Positions 1 to 13,236 of a stretch of 64,000 bases of DNA are shown here, one piece after another. Source of the stretch: Thalia democratica (lineage: Eukaryota); contig CBDBBG010000303.1 in the NCBI GenBank assembly GCA_965202585.1, positions 1 through 64,000 of the forward strand, in the 5' to 3' direction. The notes under the pieces are model-generated. The model was not told the origin of the DNA. It made no database searches and saw only the letters and a program-made list of their open reading frames with translations. Within the stretch, counting starts at the first letter, position 1. The number at the start of each line of letters is the position of its first letter. A program made the position numbers and the translations under genes.

Positions 1-382
1 GAAAAATAAAATTGGAAAATTAAAAACAAACTTCAAAGTTTACTGTTTAATTGAAACAATAAAAACAATTTTTAATTTACTACAAATTACTCATTTTTTT
101 TTCTTATTTATTATTAGGTACTTTTAAACACTTTAAAGCAATTTTTATATTTTTAGGTCCTTTAAAAACAAATCAAAACATAAATCTTAATGCGTGTGTA
201 ACGATATAATATTAGAAAACTAAACTTGGACAAATTTACAAAGTGATTCAAAATTTAATCTGTTTCTACCTTTACCACCACAAGTAGCCATAAATGCAAC
301 TGAAAGCTTATTGCTACACATGTACTTTTGAACTACCAAAAAAAAAAAAACACAACACAATGTGTACTGATGCGAAACTAAC

Positions 383-1748
383 GTAGCAGCATCGGCAGAA
401 AGTTTTCCGGTTTCCTTCATCTCAGTCATGGCCTGCATGCGGCACTTTATCAGCTCGGTGGGGCAAACGACCAGCGATGAAAATATTGAAGCTATGCTGC
501 CAGCGCAGGCGTTGCTGAAATTGCTGGAAAAAATTATTTGTATGTTTTTTAATGCTCTTGGATTGTTTGAAGTACGTTGCTAAGATTTTAGCATTTGAAA
601 ATTTTAATGATTATTACTCAAAGTATATTAAAAAACATAGCATATCTACCTAAGACAATTTTATAAATCATGGGGTGTTAATTAATGTATTTACAACAAC
701 ACGCTTTATAAGGTAGTACAAAAATAAAGAGGGCGTATTATTTTTAATATATTAATGTATAGTTTTAGTGTAGGTTAATTATAACGTAAGTAAACTTAAA
801 CGATTTTAAATGTTACTAATTGTTTTTGTCTTTTATTACTCTTTTGATTACTTTATAACTATTTGGTTACTAAACAAGTTTGTAAAATCTTATCTCTTAT
901 TAGCTTTGTACTCTATTGATGAGAACTTCTTGAAATATATTAAGTTTTACTAAATTTGTGTGTCTTGTATATCTTATTGTATAAAAATACTATAAAAAAG
1001 TAAATGTACACCAAATATAGAAACTTGTTTTAGCTTTTATAAACTAATTACCACTTGTAGGCCAAAATAAAACTTATATAACAAAAATATTCAACTAATT
1101 GTAAGAAATATTACCTGAGATTTTCAACTTTGCTACCACTCAGCCTTGCCATGAACTTTTGCGACTCGGCCAGGGCCAAAAACAGAACCGCGTTCTCAGA
1201 TACGTTGCACAGGAGGGCAGGAGCCGAACCTTTGTAAAGTCCCAAGACTCCCTCTTGCCTTATTGTCTTCTTGAAGCAGTCCCACGTTCCTTTGTACATG
1301 GACGGGAACGTTTGCATTTTCACTTTTATGGTGTCCAAAGGCTGGCCGCAGTACACGCAGGCAACTCCGCCTTGAAAACAGAAGCTTTAACAATTTTAAA
1401 GTTTAGTATGCATGAAGGTTTTGTTTTTTGTGCAAAAATTTAAGCCATAGCTTTTAAAATAAAAGTAGTGTTTGCAATAAAAAATCATTTAGTTTTTACA
1501 GTTTTATTTTTAGGTTATAAATTTCAAGCAACTTAGTGGGTTTTTTGATTGGAGTTAAAGTAAATTAAGTATAAAAACCATTCAGTATATTTTAAAAATT
1601 GTTCATAATAACTAAATAGAATTTTTAAAGCAAATAAACAACCAATTAAGTTTTGAAACTGTTAGTGTTGCTATAATAAAAGTATAAAATTTAAACCTGC
1701 TGCACCAGAGGTAAACTCAGTCAGAAAGTCTTTAATGTTCAAAACCAT
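383..1748 (-). CDS. SLC25A15: Mitochondrial ornithine/basic amino acid carrier (SLC25 family), 5' three coding exons; remainder lies left of the window
   Basis: Exons 1697-1748, 1115-1370 and 383-523 join in phase (donors gtttaa, gtaata, gttagt). Translation [40 protein letters not shown]...CPTELIKCRMQ carries two PxDxxKx[K/R] carrier signatures and closely matches the ORNT1 sequence as I recall it ([26 protein letters not shown]). SLC25A15 cannot be separated from SLC25A2. Confidence 0.9.
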
Positions 1749-2304
1749 GTCAAATTTATTTGTTTCTGTTCAAATTATTTTAATTTTTTAAAACTAGTAA
1801 AACTTGTTACTAATAAGTATTTTGGTTGATAAAATTTCTAATGGAATCAATTGAGTAAATTTTAAAATTATCTTATACTTAGAATTGTTTGTACTTTTTC
1901 TTATACTATTAAAATGCTGTAGCTTTTGTAATTTTAGAAAAAGGCTTAGTTTTCTAACAAATAAATATCTAACTTAAAGTTTTGGTCTTTAAAATCTTAC
2001 TCTTTTTTAAATTTAAATCTAATATGTGAGAATTTTAAAACTATTGAATGATTACTTATTTAAAATCACTATTTTAGAAAAAAAAAATATACTTTTAGTG
2101 ATATTTTCAACTTATAAAAAGTATGGAAGTTAAAAAAAAGTGGTGTATACTTTTTTGTTGAAAACTTTAAAGAAGTTTAAAAATATAAAAAAATTTTTTT
2201 TTTTGTTAAGGATCCATGTTTTTAACAAGTTGATTTTATTTTATAGAGTTTTTACTAAGCTTCTAGTTGTTTTTTACGATTTCAAAAAATTCAAATTGAT
2301 TTTT

Positions 2305-2830
2305 GAGGTATGACAGGTCAAAGTCAAGCCGCATAATAGGTTCCTTATGGGGAGGGAAAACTAAAACAGCAAAAAAAAACTATTTTGTTTAAAATCTATC
2401 TCCTCCTACATTTTTCAAGCAATCTTCTTCAAACTTTTACAGTCTAATCTTTATACATTAACAAAAAAACGTAATATTATACTTTTCAAAATTTTGAGTA
2501 AAAAAACTTTTTTTATTTTATTTTTGTGATAAGATTTTTGTTTCTTTAATTTACTAAAATTCATAAGTAAAGTTCTTTCTTGTAATGTAAGGAATATTTC
2601 CTGAAAATTTAAAAAAACATTGCTTGAAAAATGAAGTAGATAGGTTTTTAGTGATTTTTTACATTTTTGAGAAAACTGACCCCAAAAAATTTGCGGTCCA
2701 TACATTTGTATCAGAAACTTTTTACAAAAAATAAAATATGTCAAAATGTAAATGATATTTTTGAATTCTATAAAAACGGGCTTGTAATTTGTACTTGAAG
2801 GTTTCAAATAAAAGCCAAAGCTATTTTTTT
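2305..2830. repeat. Diverged copy of a dispersed MITE-like repeat family
   Basis: 2305-2440 (ggtcaaagtc...ggttccttatggg...aaaatctatc...aaacttt) aligns by eye with 4078-4210 and more weakly with 4650-4730. Termini not resolved. Confidence 0.55.
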
Positions 2831-3099
2831 GTAAAAAATGTGTTGGATATTTTAATTGACTAACTTTTATTTACCACATAAAGTACTCACTTGAATGCAT
2901 ATATATTAACTTAAATGTTAACTTCAACTCAAATTAAACAGTTTAATATTAACTCAAATCATGATAAACATTAACTTGAGATTTAAAACACAAACCACAA
3001 TACAAGAACCTAAGAATAGTGAAGAACTAGCCTTAAAAATGAATTCATTTTAAACATACATTCCAAAATTAATAAAATCATGTTCTTGAACAAAATTGG

Positions 3100-3299
3100 T
3101 TCTATAAAATAACAAAATGTTGTAACTGGATTAACTAAATCTCATTCTAGATTTACAAAAAATCTGAACTGAGATTAAAAAAAAAATCAAAACTGTCCGG
3201 AGTCATCCCAATTAAAAAAAAATTAAAATATCCTGAGTTATCCTAAAACTTTCTAGAATTTCAAAATATCCTGAGTACCACGAGTGTGTGACAACCCTG
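3100..3299. mobile_element. Right-end fragment of the CAGGG-ended hAT-like family
   Basis: Ends in gtgtgacaaccctg (3299) with subterminal tcctgag repeats, like the right end at 8290-8338. No matching left end found and the left boundary is approximate. Confidence 0.45.
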
Positions 3300-3969
3300 T
3301 TATTATCATAAATCTAAAAGTAATCATTATTTTTTATATAATTTTGATTAAACTTACAACTTTAAAGTAAATTAATAAAACTAAATCTATAAATAAAAAT
3401 TTTCTGGAGTAACTAAATAGTTTCAGGTATTTGGTTAAACTATGTATTAGAAAAATAGAAAACTATGCATTTTAATGATGTTTGAAAAATTGAAACAGTT
3501 GAATTTTTTAAATACAATATAATAACTTCTGATAGAGGAAAAGTTGATTACCATTGTTGTTTATTGAGATTTTATAAACATATAGAATTTATTGTTTAAA
3601 ACAGTTATAAGATGGTTTTACTATTATTAGTCATAAATAGAGTCTGTTTTGCTCTTTGACACTAAAAAAACAGATGTTTTAAAAAACTAGTTTGCTGAAA
3701 AAGAAAGAAATATATTATTCTACAGTTTTTAATTTGCAAAAAAATTAAAATTAATTTATGTTTTGACTGTTGCTTGTTTGATCTGTATTCATAATAAATT
3801 TATTTTAAATATTGCCATGGATGGAAGTAAACCTTTTTTTTTTTCAAAAAAACAGTCTTATTTTTTACAACAATAACTAAGCTACCATTTGTTTAATACC
3901 AATATTCAAAACTAAAATTAACTTTAGAGATAAACTAGATCAAATTTGGAAAGTTTAATTGATTTTTAA

Positions 3970-4624
3970 GGGCATAGGGGAGAAATTTCCACTTTTTTCA
4001 CAATTTGATCTCATTTTATAGTTTTAACTAAACTATGAGAAGCTTTTAACAGATTTAAAAATTCAAAATAATTTTTGAGATACAGAAGGTCAAAGTCGGA
4101 GGCAACATTAGGTTCCTTATGGGAAGCACAAACTAAGACCTCAAAAAAAGACTATTTTACTAAAAATCTATCTTCCCCTACGTTTTTTGAGATAAATACC
4201 TTAAACTTTCAGAAAATGTTCTTTGGAACATTTGAAAAAATTCTCTCGCAAGGAATTTTAAAAAAATTGAAAAACAAAAATTTGTATATAAAATAAATAA
4301 AAAAAAACACTTTTATTGATTTTTTGTCATATATATTTTTTTAACTTTGTTCAGACAGATTTTTTTAAATATTCTAATGAACATTTCCTGAAAGTTTGAG
4401 GTATTAATCTTTAAAAAAAAGGAGAGAGATTTGTAGTGATTTCTAGTTATTTGCCGTTTTAGTTTGCATCTCCCAAAAAGAACCTACTGTAATCTCAGAC
4501 TTTGATCTGCTATATCTCAAAAAATATTTTAAGTTTTAAAATCTGTAAAAAGCAACTTGTAGCTTTGTTAAAACTCAATAAAATAAGACTAAATAGTGAA
4601 GGGTGATTTACTTCCCCTATGCAT
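3970..4624. mobile_element. ~655-bp MITE with imperfect terminal inverted repeats
   Basis: Left gggcataggggagaaatttccac versus the reverse complement of the right end, atgcataggggaagtaaatcac. Flanked by ttaa on both sides. Internal similarity to the 2305 copy. Confidence 0.55.
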
Positions 4625-6856
4625 TTAATGGAAAATCAAACTAAAAAACCCAACTAGACTACTTCACTAAAAATCTTTTTCCTTCAGTTTTTGAGCAATC
4701 ATTTAAAATTTGACAAGTCTAATCTTTAATAAATCATGAACTACTTGTAGGAAAAATATTTTTTAACTTCACCAAAACCATAGTTTTTATAAACTGGTCA
4801 TAAATTTTTGAACAATTTATTTTATATTAGTTGTTTGTAATTTTTATAAAAATCACTTAAAATATTGAAACAAATTGCTTAAAAACTGTAGAAAAACTTA
4901 GATTTTTAAAATAGATGAAAGAAAACTGATAATGAAAAGTTTTTTTTTCCATATGTATCTATAGTAGAGATGAGCAAAATACAGCCACTACTGACAGGAT
5001 CTAGCTTACCAATGTTTACAAGGTTTAAGTGGAATTCGAAACACATAAGATAAAACTAACTGAGGCTTAATTTTAAAACTACACTACTTATTATGGGAAT
5101 TGAAATGGAAAATAAAAGTCTTAGGTACAATTTACAGAAGATTTGAAACAGTGTAAAAAAGAAGTCACATAGAACTAGTATTTTACTAAAATGAACAATA
5201 GATTGTAAGACAAATTTTTGTTTATTAAGTGAAACTGAGAAATTTTGTCCCTTAAAAGACTAAACCTTTACACATCTGGTCTGCTAACTTTAAAATATTG
5301 CCCACCTCTAAACTATAAGGATTTTTTTTAAATTTTTAGTTCTATAAAAAGTTAAGCTTTTAAGTATGAGCTAATGTTAGTTTTTGTAAAAAATAGATTT
5401 AGACCTCTCAAAAGTTTTAATGTTTACTTGCCTAATTATAAGGAAATACAGTAAATATTTATATAGTATATTTAAAATAACTTTGTGATTTTTAAGTTTC
5501 ATTGTTATAGTGATAATAACATCTTTTTTCTTCTTGTTTATTATTAAGATTTTGCTGTATTTCAAAAGTTGCTAAAAAGCCAGCCTTGGTGACTAAAAAC
5601 TAGCCTTAGTTTTAAAGTAAAATTTTTAAGCCATGTTTTGATAAACAAGCTAAATTTGAGGTTTCGTTTAAGGTGCCTAAAATCAAAGTTTTCTTGGAGT
5701 TGTGATGTCTAAATTGAGACACCTTTTGGGTTTAAGTACTCTAACAATGGTTTATTGTATAGTTTTTTTGTTAGGAGGTCAACACTTTCATTATGTATAT
5801 CTGCTTGGGATGGTGCTGCTGACTGTTACTTGAAAGCAAATACCTGTATAAAAAATAAAATGTGAGACAAGTTTGCCATGTGTCAGCTCTAACCATTTGT
5901 TTATAAAGGTTTTTCCGCTAAAATTGAACAAGATGCTTGATTTACAAGTATCTAACTTGATACAGAGTACTTAAATTGGAGCTGGTATTGACCACAGTAA
6001 ATAAACACTTGATTCTTCAACTCATTCTAAAAACAAAAGAAATTCAAATACCTAACAGTTGATATTAAAAAAACAAGAACTGATCAAAACTCATTTAAGT
6101 AGTTTGACCCTAAGTTTTGGTCTAACCTTAAGATTTTTTTTAGATTAAATAAGAAGCTTTAAAAATTTTATGTTAAATCTTTATAATGTAAATTCTAAAA
6201 TTCTACTGATTTTATGTTATGATGTTTTGATTTTTCTACCTGTTGTACAAAGAAACAAAAACTTTTGAAATTTAGTTTTTTAAAAATCAAAATCATTTTG
6301 GATCTAACAAAGTTTCTGACTACTTACACAATGATCAGAATTATACTGTCCAAAATAATTTTATTTTCATTGAAGTTCAATTGGCAAAAAAACATGTTTG
6401 TAATAAAACCAAGTTTCTCTGTCTTCAAACTGAAGAGGGCTAGAAGAAACTTGATGTCTGACAAGTATGAAAAAAAATAATCACCTACTTAAATATTTCC
6501 CATTCACAAATAACTATCACTAATACTAACCTTCAAAAATTTTAACTAGCTTTAAATCACAAATGCTTTATAAAGAACAAACAACTGTGAATTTTACGCG
6601 CTTTAGATCAAGTAATAATGTTGCAGCATTTTGGTAAAATTCTAAAAGCAAACATCAGTGACTTATTGATAATGTATTAGAAACTTACAACAATGACACC
6701 ATTTTTAACTTCATATTTTGAAAAGATTGATCATAGCATTTGGGCATGTCATGTAGTGATTGAGCTCCTTAAAACTAACCCTATCAGACTATTAGTAGAA
6801 AAATGGATGTCTCATACTTTGGTTTAACTGGAATTAAATGCCGTATAGCTAATAAA

Positions 6857-8338
6857 CAGGGTTGCAACTGATCAGGCTGTAAAAATTTCCTGACTTTTCC
6901 TGACTCAAATTCTTGATAAAAACCAATTCAAAAATACTAACCCAAGATTTGAAAGATTTTAATTTAATCCAATAATTCAAGTAGACCCTTCAAAAATGAT
7001 TAATTACAAAAGATTCAATCATATAACTTCCATTACATCACTTGAACTTTCTGTGTATGATTGATATATTTGCAATAAACAGCTCTATCAGCAAAATACT
7101 TTTATTTTGTAATTTGATACAGTTCTAGTTTGTATGCATAGATATAGTCTTTAACTCTTTTTCTTGATGTAATAGTTTCTTATTTCATACTGTATTTAAG
7201 CAGAGCTTTGTTAATACTTAATCTAGTTTGACCTCAGTCAGTTCATTGTGCAATACAAATAATGGCTGCAACAACTTTCCAAGAGAAGATTTGGCAGGAA
7301 ATTTTAATATTTCAAAATACAACTGGTCCAAACAATCTACCATTTGCTTGAAACTCTTGAACTTTAATTTGCATTCATTGGACAACTTACCAAAGTTCTT
7401 AATTGTTCAATGCTAGTATCACCTTCAGAGTTGGAACACATACTTTACTATGTTAAGGAGTAAAATTAAAAACAATTGTGACTGCTAATTTTTCAAGGCT
7501 ATGCAGATTTAGGCATGACATATTTTTTACAAATGTACTTCCAATGGCCACTTTCAACTGCTTTTATAACAAACAATCTACATTTTATGTTGAATTTTAA
7601 GACTCTTTGTTCCTCAACTAGGTCTTTTTTCCTCAAATTTGCAAGCAAGTTGGTTGCAGCACAACCAAGATCAAGGGCATGTTTTAGGGAAGCTTGATCA
7701 ATTAATTCAACCTTGAATAACTGGTTAAGCTGAAGCTCGTAACTATCACGTCTTTCATAATGATGCACAGCAATTTAATTACCAAGCACGAAATGTCCTC
7801 ATGCAAAAAGGCAACAACAGGCTGGGTACTCTGGTACAATGTTAAAAAAGACTGCATAAGAGATATCACATAACTTAAGAAATTTTTGTGTATATATCAC
7901 AGTCTCATAATGGAAGTGTTCTTGCCACAGATCATCAATACTAAAGAGCATTAAAAAAAACTGCTTGTTCAAGTAGGGTAGTTGCTCAATATGTTGTTAG
8001 AAAATTTTGCAATGTTACAAAGGATATTTTTTTAATTTATAACAGAGAAAGGCATTGGATATTAAATAATTTTGTAAATTTCTAGGAAAATTTTTCAATT
8101 TTAGTCTGACTTTAAAGTACTTTTAACTAATTTGTTACTATTTGAAGGCTTAAGAAAACAAGGATTTTTGTAAATTAAACTGACAAAATCTGACCTATTT
8201 TTTTAAATTTTGTCAAATCTCCTGACAATTCCTGACTTTTTTTCAAAAAACTTCATTTTTTTCTGACCTTTTCTGACTTTTGTCATTTTTTTAGTTTTTC
8301 CTGACTTTTCCTGAGTTCCTGATCGTGTGGCAACCCTG
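6857..8338 (-). mobile_element. hAT-like non-autonomous DNA transposon with decayed transposase remnant
   Basis: TIRs cagggttgcaac / gtggcaaccctg and tcctgac subterminal repeats. Internal minus-strand fragment ELQLNQLFKVELIDQASLKHALDLGCAATNLLANLRKKDLVEEQRVLKFNIKCRLFV (7499-7768) resembles DNA transposase sequence. Several blocks are shared with the 22764-24346 copy. No direct TSD. Confidence 0.65.
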
Positions 8339-8906
8339 TTTATTTAAAATTTTAATTAAATTTAAGTTTAAGATTAATATAAATATTTTTTTAATTAAAT
8401 TAAATAAAGAAATTAATACTTTTAAAAAAATGGTATGCACTCTATTTTAAACCCACTACTGCCAATGTTTACTATAGAAACCATAGCCTACCATGGGCAC
8501 CACACCATCTCTTCCTAAAGATTTAAATTTTTAAGATCATGTACGTTCACATTTTTCTTGTTGCCCTCTTTACATGAACAGCTATAATCATTAAAATGTA
8601 AGGTAATTTAAAGAGTAACCACAGGTTTTTGAAGGAACAAGTTTTTAGGATTATTTTAGTATAAATTTGGCTATAAATTTTATTCTATACCGAAATTGAG
8701 ATAACTATATCTATACAAAATTGAAAAAATACTTAACAATGACTCAAGAATACTAATATAGGTCAAAGTTTTGAGCTAATTGCAACTAAGTTTGCTTGAG
8801 CTCTGCATTTAGCTTTTTCTGCTTATAGATAATTTATAGATTAGGGACTTTTTTTAATTAGCAGAGCTAAGAACTTACAAGAAACTTATGAAGTATGTTA
8901 CAAACA

Positions 8907-9843
8907 ACGAGCATAAAGTTAATTTTATGGACAAATTTATAATTTTTTCAAAAAACATAAAACTTTAATGTCTATTATTTTCCTTATCTTAAAAGCTATC
9001 TAAAAATTTTTTTTTATCTTAGAGAACGAACCTTTGTCTTTAATTTAAGAAAAAAAAAATTTGGTTTGGGGTTTGAATTATTTCATGGGGTCCCTCTAAA
9101 AATAAAGGTTTTTTTTCGTTTTTTCTATTAAAATTGCTTTATAACCAAAAATATTTTTTTTTTTAATTTTTTTTTTCATTTCCCTTAGTTTGCATGTTAT
9201 TTAAACTCTTAAATAGTTATTTTATAAATAATGTTAATATATTTTACGATTTGGCCCCAAAACAAAATGATGTATATTACACTGTCATTTGCCTTGGCCA
9301 TTTCCTAGATAAAAAATTGATAAAAGGAAAAAAACAATTAATAAGAATGTAAATTACAACAAATTTCATTAAACTATAATAATTTAATTACATTTGTTGT
9401 AATTCACATTCTTATTAATTGTTTTTTTCCTTTTATCAATTTTTTATCTAGGAAATGGCCAAGGCAAATGACAGTGTAATATACATCATTTTGTTTTGGG
9501 GCCAAATCGTAAAAGATGTTAACATTATTTATAAAATAACTATTTAAGAGTTTAAATAACATGCAAACTAAGGGAAATGAAAAAAAAAAAAAAATATTTT
9601 TGGTTATAAAGCAATTTTAATAGAAAAAACAAAAAAAAAACCTTTATTTTTGGAGGGACCCCATGAAATAATTCAAACCCCAAACCAATTTTTTTTTTCT
9701 TAAATTAAAGACAAAGGTGCGTTCTCTAAGATAAAAAAAAAAAATTTTAAATAGCTTTTAAGATAAGGAAAATAATTGACATTAAAGTTATATGTTTTTT
9801 GAAAAATTTATAAATTTGCCTATAAAATTAACTTTATGCTCGT
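8907..9843. mobile_element. 937-bp palindromic Foldback/Mutator-type element
   Basis: Arms ~8907-9365 and ~9393-9843 are near-perfect reverse complements around a ~28-bp spacer. Termini ACGAGC...GCTCGT. Exact 9-bp TSD ttacaaaca at 8898-8906 and 9844-9852. Confidence 0.9.
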
Positions 9844-10757
9844 TTACAAACATTATTCTCTAATATATATTATATCTAATAAATACGAGCGTCATTCCAT
9901 TTACGGTACAACTTTTACGGTTTTTACTAAAGTTCTTTAGCTTCAACGCTCATCCCCATCCTTATCGTTACTTCTACAATAATGTTTTATACCTCATCTT
10001 TTAGCTTAGAGTATCTAGTTTGTGAACTATCATTTTATTTTTATATTGGGTTGGTATAAATAGTGCTGTAGCCCATAGAAAAAGTGGTACATTATGGCTT
10101 TTTTTCAGTTTTTTTTGGAAAATCTAACGATAAACAAATAGTTTTGACTTGATATTTTTTTTATACATATAGAATAATATTCTGCTCATTCGTTATGTAC
10201 GATTTTTTTTAAAACAAATTATTTTTAAAGAAATTTGTGATTTATGGTTTTCAGTATATTATGGTTTATCTCAATAAATATTGAACTAAAAGAAAAATGA
10301 ATAAAAGATTCACATAGTACTAATTATTCTGCATTGTTAGCATGCACAGTTTTTATTTTAACGAAGTACTTTTTGAAATATTAAGCATTGAAATTTTCCT
10401 TTAATTGTAAGCTACTTAGTCTTTGAAGTAGCCGCGAAGTTATTCGAGCAGAACGTTTTCTGAATTTTTTTAAATCTTAGCCAAAAAAAAGTTTAGCAAA
10501 TTAAGATATTGATTTATAATTAATATAATTAAAAAATTGCAGTCCATATGTTTCTACAGAAAACTTTTTACTCAAAATACTATACCTTTAAAATTAGTAC
10601 AACATTACAACAACCCAACAAAAATATATTAACTTATAAATATCAAAGTGGACCCACCCTGTGTCTCATCTTTTGTAAAAAAAGTAACCTTTACCCTTGT
10701 TAATCCATGAACTAGTGTTTTATTTTAAGTTGTCAACAGAGCTAACATAGTTGTTCT

Positions 10758-11577
10758 TGATGATTTTCCTAACTATTTCAGTTTCCATTGTACTGTGGTT
10801 GTAACTAATTGATTGATTGTAAAAAGTTATTTAGCTAATTCAAAAAAAATCTTTTCAACAGTCATACAGTTACAAACACACAATCAACTATATTTTATAA
10901 CCAATAGTAGAAAAACATTGTTTTTTTTTATAAAAAGTATTTTTTTACACAAAAAAATATTTCCAATATTAAATAAAATCGAAAATGTTCCTATGAATTC
11001 TGTTGAGTAATATGAGCAGCCATTTGTGCATGTAACTGTATTTTTACAGGCTACAGGATCTTTCAATCAAACTTGAAATAAAAAATGAATAAATTATTTT
11101 TAACATAAATACATTAAACTAAAATATGCTGTACAAACTTATATGTTAAAAAAACTATGTTGTCAACTAATGATATTTAGGTCACATGTAAGCAGTTTGA
11201 AAAATAATATTCAAAACATAAAGTTTCTACATCTGCAAATCAAAAACAAAAAAATATTTTTATCTACAACAAATAAAAGTTGTGATATAATGAGAATCAC
11301 GATAAATAAAAAGAGCACAAATAATTGTTTTATTGAATGGTAAAATGTTGGTACTTTGTATGAATAAAAAAAATGAACAATAATTTGTTTTTAATCAGAC
11401 TTGCTTTTTTTACAATCATACTGACTTACTTTTAGTTATAAAATACTGTTGATTGTGTGTTTGTAAGTGTATGACTGTTGAAAAAAGTTATTTTGAATTA
11501 GCAAACAACTTTTTACAACAAATCAAATAGTTACAACCACAGCACAATGGAAACTAAAATGGAAACTAGCTTCATCA
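10758..11577. repeat. Older inverted-repeat element nested in the MULE
   Basis: ~10758-10905 (gtttccattgtactgtggttgtaacta...gtcatacagttacaaacacacaatcaac) is an imperfect reverse complement of ~11430-11577. Confidence 0.65.
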
Positions 11578-13236
11578 TTTGTTCCTTCTTTACCGTCTTG
11601 AAATTTAACTAACCAACAAAAATTAATATAAAACCTTTTGGTGGACGCATATCAGACACTTACTTAATTAAAGTTGCCACAATAAAAACCACTAAGTGTG
11701 GGAAAATCATGTGGCTAAAACAAAGTGTCTACTAGCGCTGAACAAAAAAAAATCAACAGTGTGAACACACCCACCCATGTGAACCAACTATTGATTATTT
11801 ACAGCAAAACAGAGAAAAAAAAAACAAAAAAATCAAATACTTTTAAAAAACAAGTTTTATTTTGTTAATGAAATATAAACAACTGCTAATAGTTTAGAAA
11901 AAAATATATGTTTAAAAAAATATGTATTTTTCAGTGTTTTATTGAAAAATTTATTAAAAATAAAGTCTATTGAAAACTAATATTATAAATATAACTCTAA
12001 ATACAAAAATACAATACTGAAACAAACCATGCTAAAACAAAATACTTATTTTTGAAATAAAGAATTGTAACTTAAAAAAAAAGCTAAAAAATATACAGTT
12101 TGACTTTAATCAGGTTTTATATACAAAATGAAACTTACATTCATTGTCCATGGCACTAGCTAAAAGCATTTACAACATAAAAAATCATGAAGTGAATGGA
12201 TTCACTTGTATAGGCCATGCTAAAACAAACTAGCTAAATATTAAAACAAAAATAACTTCAGTCTAGAACCATAAAAAAAAATATCTTTAATTTTTAATTA
12301 AGAATTGTAACTAAAAAAATAAATAACTAGCTTTGTCAAAAATAAATAATTGTATTAGATATAAAATACAATTTTACATTCACAGTATACATAGAACAAG
12401 CAAAAAATATTCATTCATTGTGTCATAGCATGGTAATCACTAGAGAAAATTTGGCTTTATTTAAAGTGTAAAAAAATGCTGTACCTGGTCTTATATTGGT
12501 AGTTCTGTAAACTAGTAATTTGACTACATCCTTATGGTCTTATAACTTGTTCTTATATGAAAGAAAGTAATTTAGTTTCGACACAATATTTTTTTTTTAA
12601 TTTTTTTTCAATATTTAAATTCAAAAGGTTTATTTCTGAGCTACATAGTCTTTCTGATTCTTTTTTTTTAATTCACAGTCAGATTTGTCAAAAGCTTCTC
12701 AATTACAGTTTTTTAATTTATTATGTAGACGGATCAAATTAAGGTTTGTTTTTTTATACTTTGGTATTTAGAGAACTTCTTTATCCATAAATTATGAAAA
12801 GTTGGTAGTTTTATGTTATTATCAGTAGAACATATTTTGTTTTAATGAAAACATGAATACACCTACTTTATTCTATGCTTCTATTCTCTCATTACAGTAA
12901 TTATTTTTTTACAGGACCCAGTTGAAGTGTGTTGATTCGTTGACACACAGAAACATATGTTGGTAGAATAAAGGAAGCTTACTGTATAATTTGTTTTTAT
13001 TAATTTTATGTTAATAAATTTTAGACTGTACATCATAACGATGTTTAGCTTTGTATATCTAATAACCTTAAAAAGAAATGCAAAACATGAGTCCTAAAAC
13101 TTTTAAAACAATCAAATAAAAGTTCTACTAGTATAGCTTTAAGTTATGCTGTTTCTTAAAAGTTTAAAAATATAAAAAACTAAATAGATAAAAATTTGTG
13201 AGATAAGTTTATTTACCTTTGCAGTAGTCTATATAT

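Noticed and set aside
2451-5565. AT-rich 60-120 aa ORFs (F/K/I/L/N-rich) from the ORF track
   Set aside because: Their composition reflects AT-rich intergenic or MITE sequence, mostly with TTG/GTG starts and no motifs.
6849-8346. Flanks of the first hAT-like copy are inverted (aataaa/tttatt) rather than directly duplicated
   Set aside because: A 6-7 bp A/T match is easily chance in this composition, and the TSD may simply have eroded.
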